From the NCBI GenBank assembly GCA_963718565.1, contig OY970364.1, positions 32,001-96,000 of the forward strand: a stretch of DNA of 64,000 bases, read 5' to 3'. The position numbers and the translations under genes are program-made. Position 1 is the stretch's first letter, and the number at the start of each line of letters is the position of its first letter. Source of the DNA: an uncultured Verrucomicrobiae bacterium. Its GTDB lineage: Bacteria > Chlamydiota > Chlamydiia > Chlamydiales > Rhabdochlamydiaceae. The notes below the pieces were generated by a model that made no database searches, was not told the DNA's origin, and was given only the letters and a program-made list of their open reading frames with translations. Positions 63,052 to 64,000 of this stretch are shown here, piece by piece.

Positions 63052-63300
63052 TTGAGTTGTCCCTTTGGCTGATGTGGTTTGTTTTCCAAGAAGATATCAT
63101 ATCAGCCATAAGGATTTTTGCATTGGTAAATGGAGGCAGAATCGCAGCCATTTTTCGAGCGAATTGCGAGATTGACAAAATGGGGTGATTTCCTGGGGGA
63201 GATTAAGCTGATTAGCTAAATAATTTCCCCCAGGAAATCACCCCGTTTTGTTAGTTTTGCAATTCGCTCATAAAATAAGCCTAAAACTCAGGTTGGAAAA

Positions 63301-63738
63301 ATGAAGAAGCTCATGTGGGCATTTGTTCTCCTCTGCGGTTGTTCACCTAATTCTTCCGAAGAATTCCAGAGGGAAGGCGAGGCGCGCTGCCGTATGTTAG
63401 TCGTCGATTTGCAGAAGATTGAAAACCGCGAGCAACTTCTTCTTACAGAGCCGATCTTGAAAAAGCATTTCGAAGGACTGGTCGATCTCATGATCGAGGT
63501 TAGAGAATTTCAACAAAAGGGGATCGAAGATATTTCCAATGAGCTTCCCTTTGAAGAAAACGTCACAGAGGCTTCTTTAGAAAACGAGTTGAGAAGGATT
63601 TACGCAATAGAAGGAGGGCGTGAAATCATCGAACGCGCCCAGCAAGAAGCCCTTGTGAGATTGGATGCTTATGAGCGCGCCCTTGTTAAAAAAAGAGAAC
63701 AAAGAAAAAACTCATCAAATAACGATTTACGTTCCTGA
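63301..63738 (+). CDS. Putative lipoprotein
   Basis: Lipobox-like MKKLMWAFVLLCGC. Confidence 0.7.
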   Translation: MKKLMWAFVLLCGCSPNSSEEFQREGEARCRMLVVDLQKIENREQLLLTEPILKKHFEGLVDLMIEVREFQQKGIEDISNELPFEENVTEASLENELRRIYAIEGGREIIERAQQEALVRLDAYERALVKKREQRKNSSNNDLRS

Positions 63739-64000
63739 TAGAGTTTGAAATCAGTCATTTCGTTGACGTGGATCGGTACTGCTGTTGCAAAGCCTTGTTT
63801 GAGCAAATACACATCGCTTTCCTCGTGCTCATCATGTTCATCCCATTTTCCGCCGTGCCAAAAATAAGAATGTCCTTCAGGGTGCAGGCGATGAGCAGGA
63901 TCTTCAATCCAATAACCTTTTCCTTGGCGGGCTAGTTTTAAGCCGCGGAGTTCTTGGACATCCGGGAAATTAACATTGAGTAATGTTCCTTGAGGAAGTG
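63669..64000 (-). CDS. surE: 5'/3'-nucleotidase SurE, 3' part
   Basis: Translates LPQGTLLNVNFP...LARQGKGYW...YFW...SDV..L.QG....VP. Confidence 0.8.
   Translation of the reverse strand, partial: LPQGTLLNVNFPDVQELRGLKLARQGKGYWIEDPAHRLHPEGHSYFWHGGKWDEHDEHEESDVYLLKQGFATAVPIHVNEMTDFKLYQERKSLFDEFFLCSLFLTRARS

Larger units (their letters stand above)
62707..63269 (-). mobile_element. Internally deleted IS with family A termini, a transposase 5' remnant and a nested family C MITE
   Basis: TIR GAG(G/C)GAATTGCAAAACTAAC; 4-bp TSD ATAA at 62703-62706 and 63270-63273. Confidence 0.8.

Noticed and set aside
1..64000. CRISPR array or cas genes
   Set aside because: The palindromic repeats are dispersed and have TIR/TSD structure. 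There is no regular repeat-spacer array and no cas ORF.

Overview
64 kb of a chromosome from an environmental Chlamydiota member (taxon inferred from the cdsU-cdsV-copN-scc1-malQ type III secretion locus, the efp-accB-accC order and tandem MOMP-like porins). The backbone is housekeeping: rpsA-nusA-infB-rbfA-truB-ribF, map, truA, marC, rpmB, sthA, ychF, lysC, rpe, rfbA, surE and tRNA-Val. It carries many mobile elements: three IS630 copies, an ISAs1 nested inside one of them, a truncated IS607, and at least five families of short palindromic MITE-like elements. The most striking signal is that two of these palindromic elements sit in frame inside housekeeping genes. One is a 213-bp insertion in marC that keeps the marC/truA TAATG overlap. 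The other is a 24-bp footprint in truA with a 4-bp target duplication, resembling Rickettsia palindromic elements. A transposase remnant at 62707-63269 shares termini with the truA-footprint family and may be its parent. Candidate effectors include a protein with tandem RasGAP-like repeats, an N-terminally extended GlgB, a CBM20-like protein and a Mesh1-like hydrolase with a signal peptide. cdsV and one TPR gene are frameshifted, which may be sequencing error. All calls come from reading the sequence and motifs; no searches were run.
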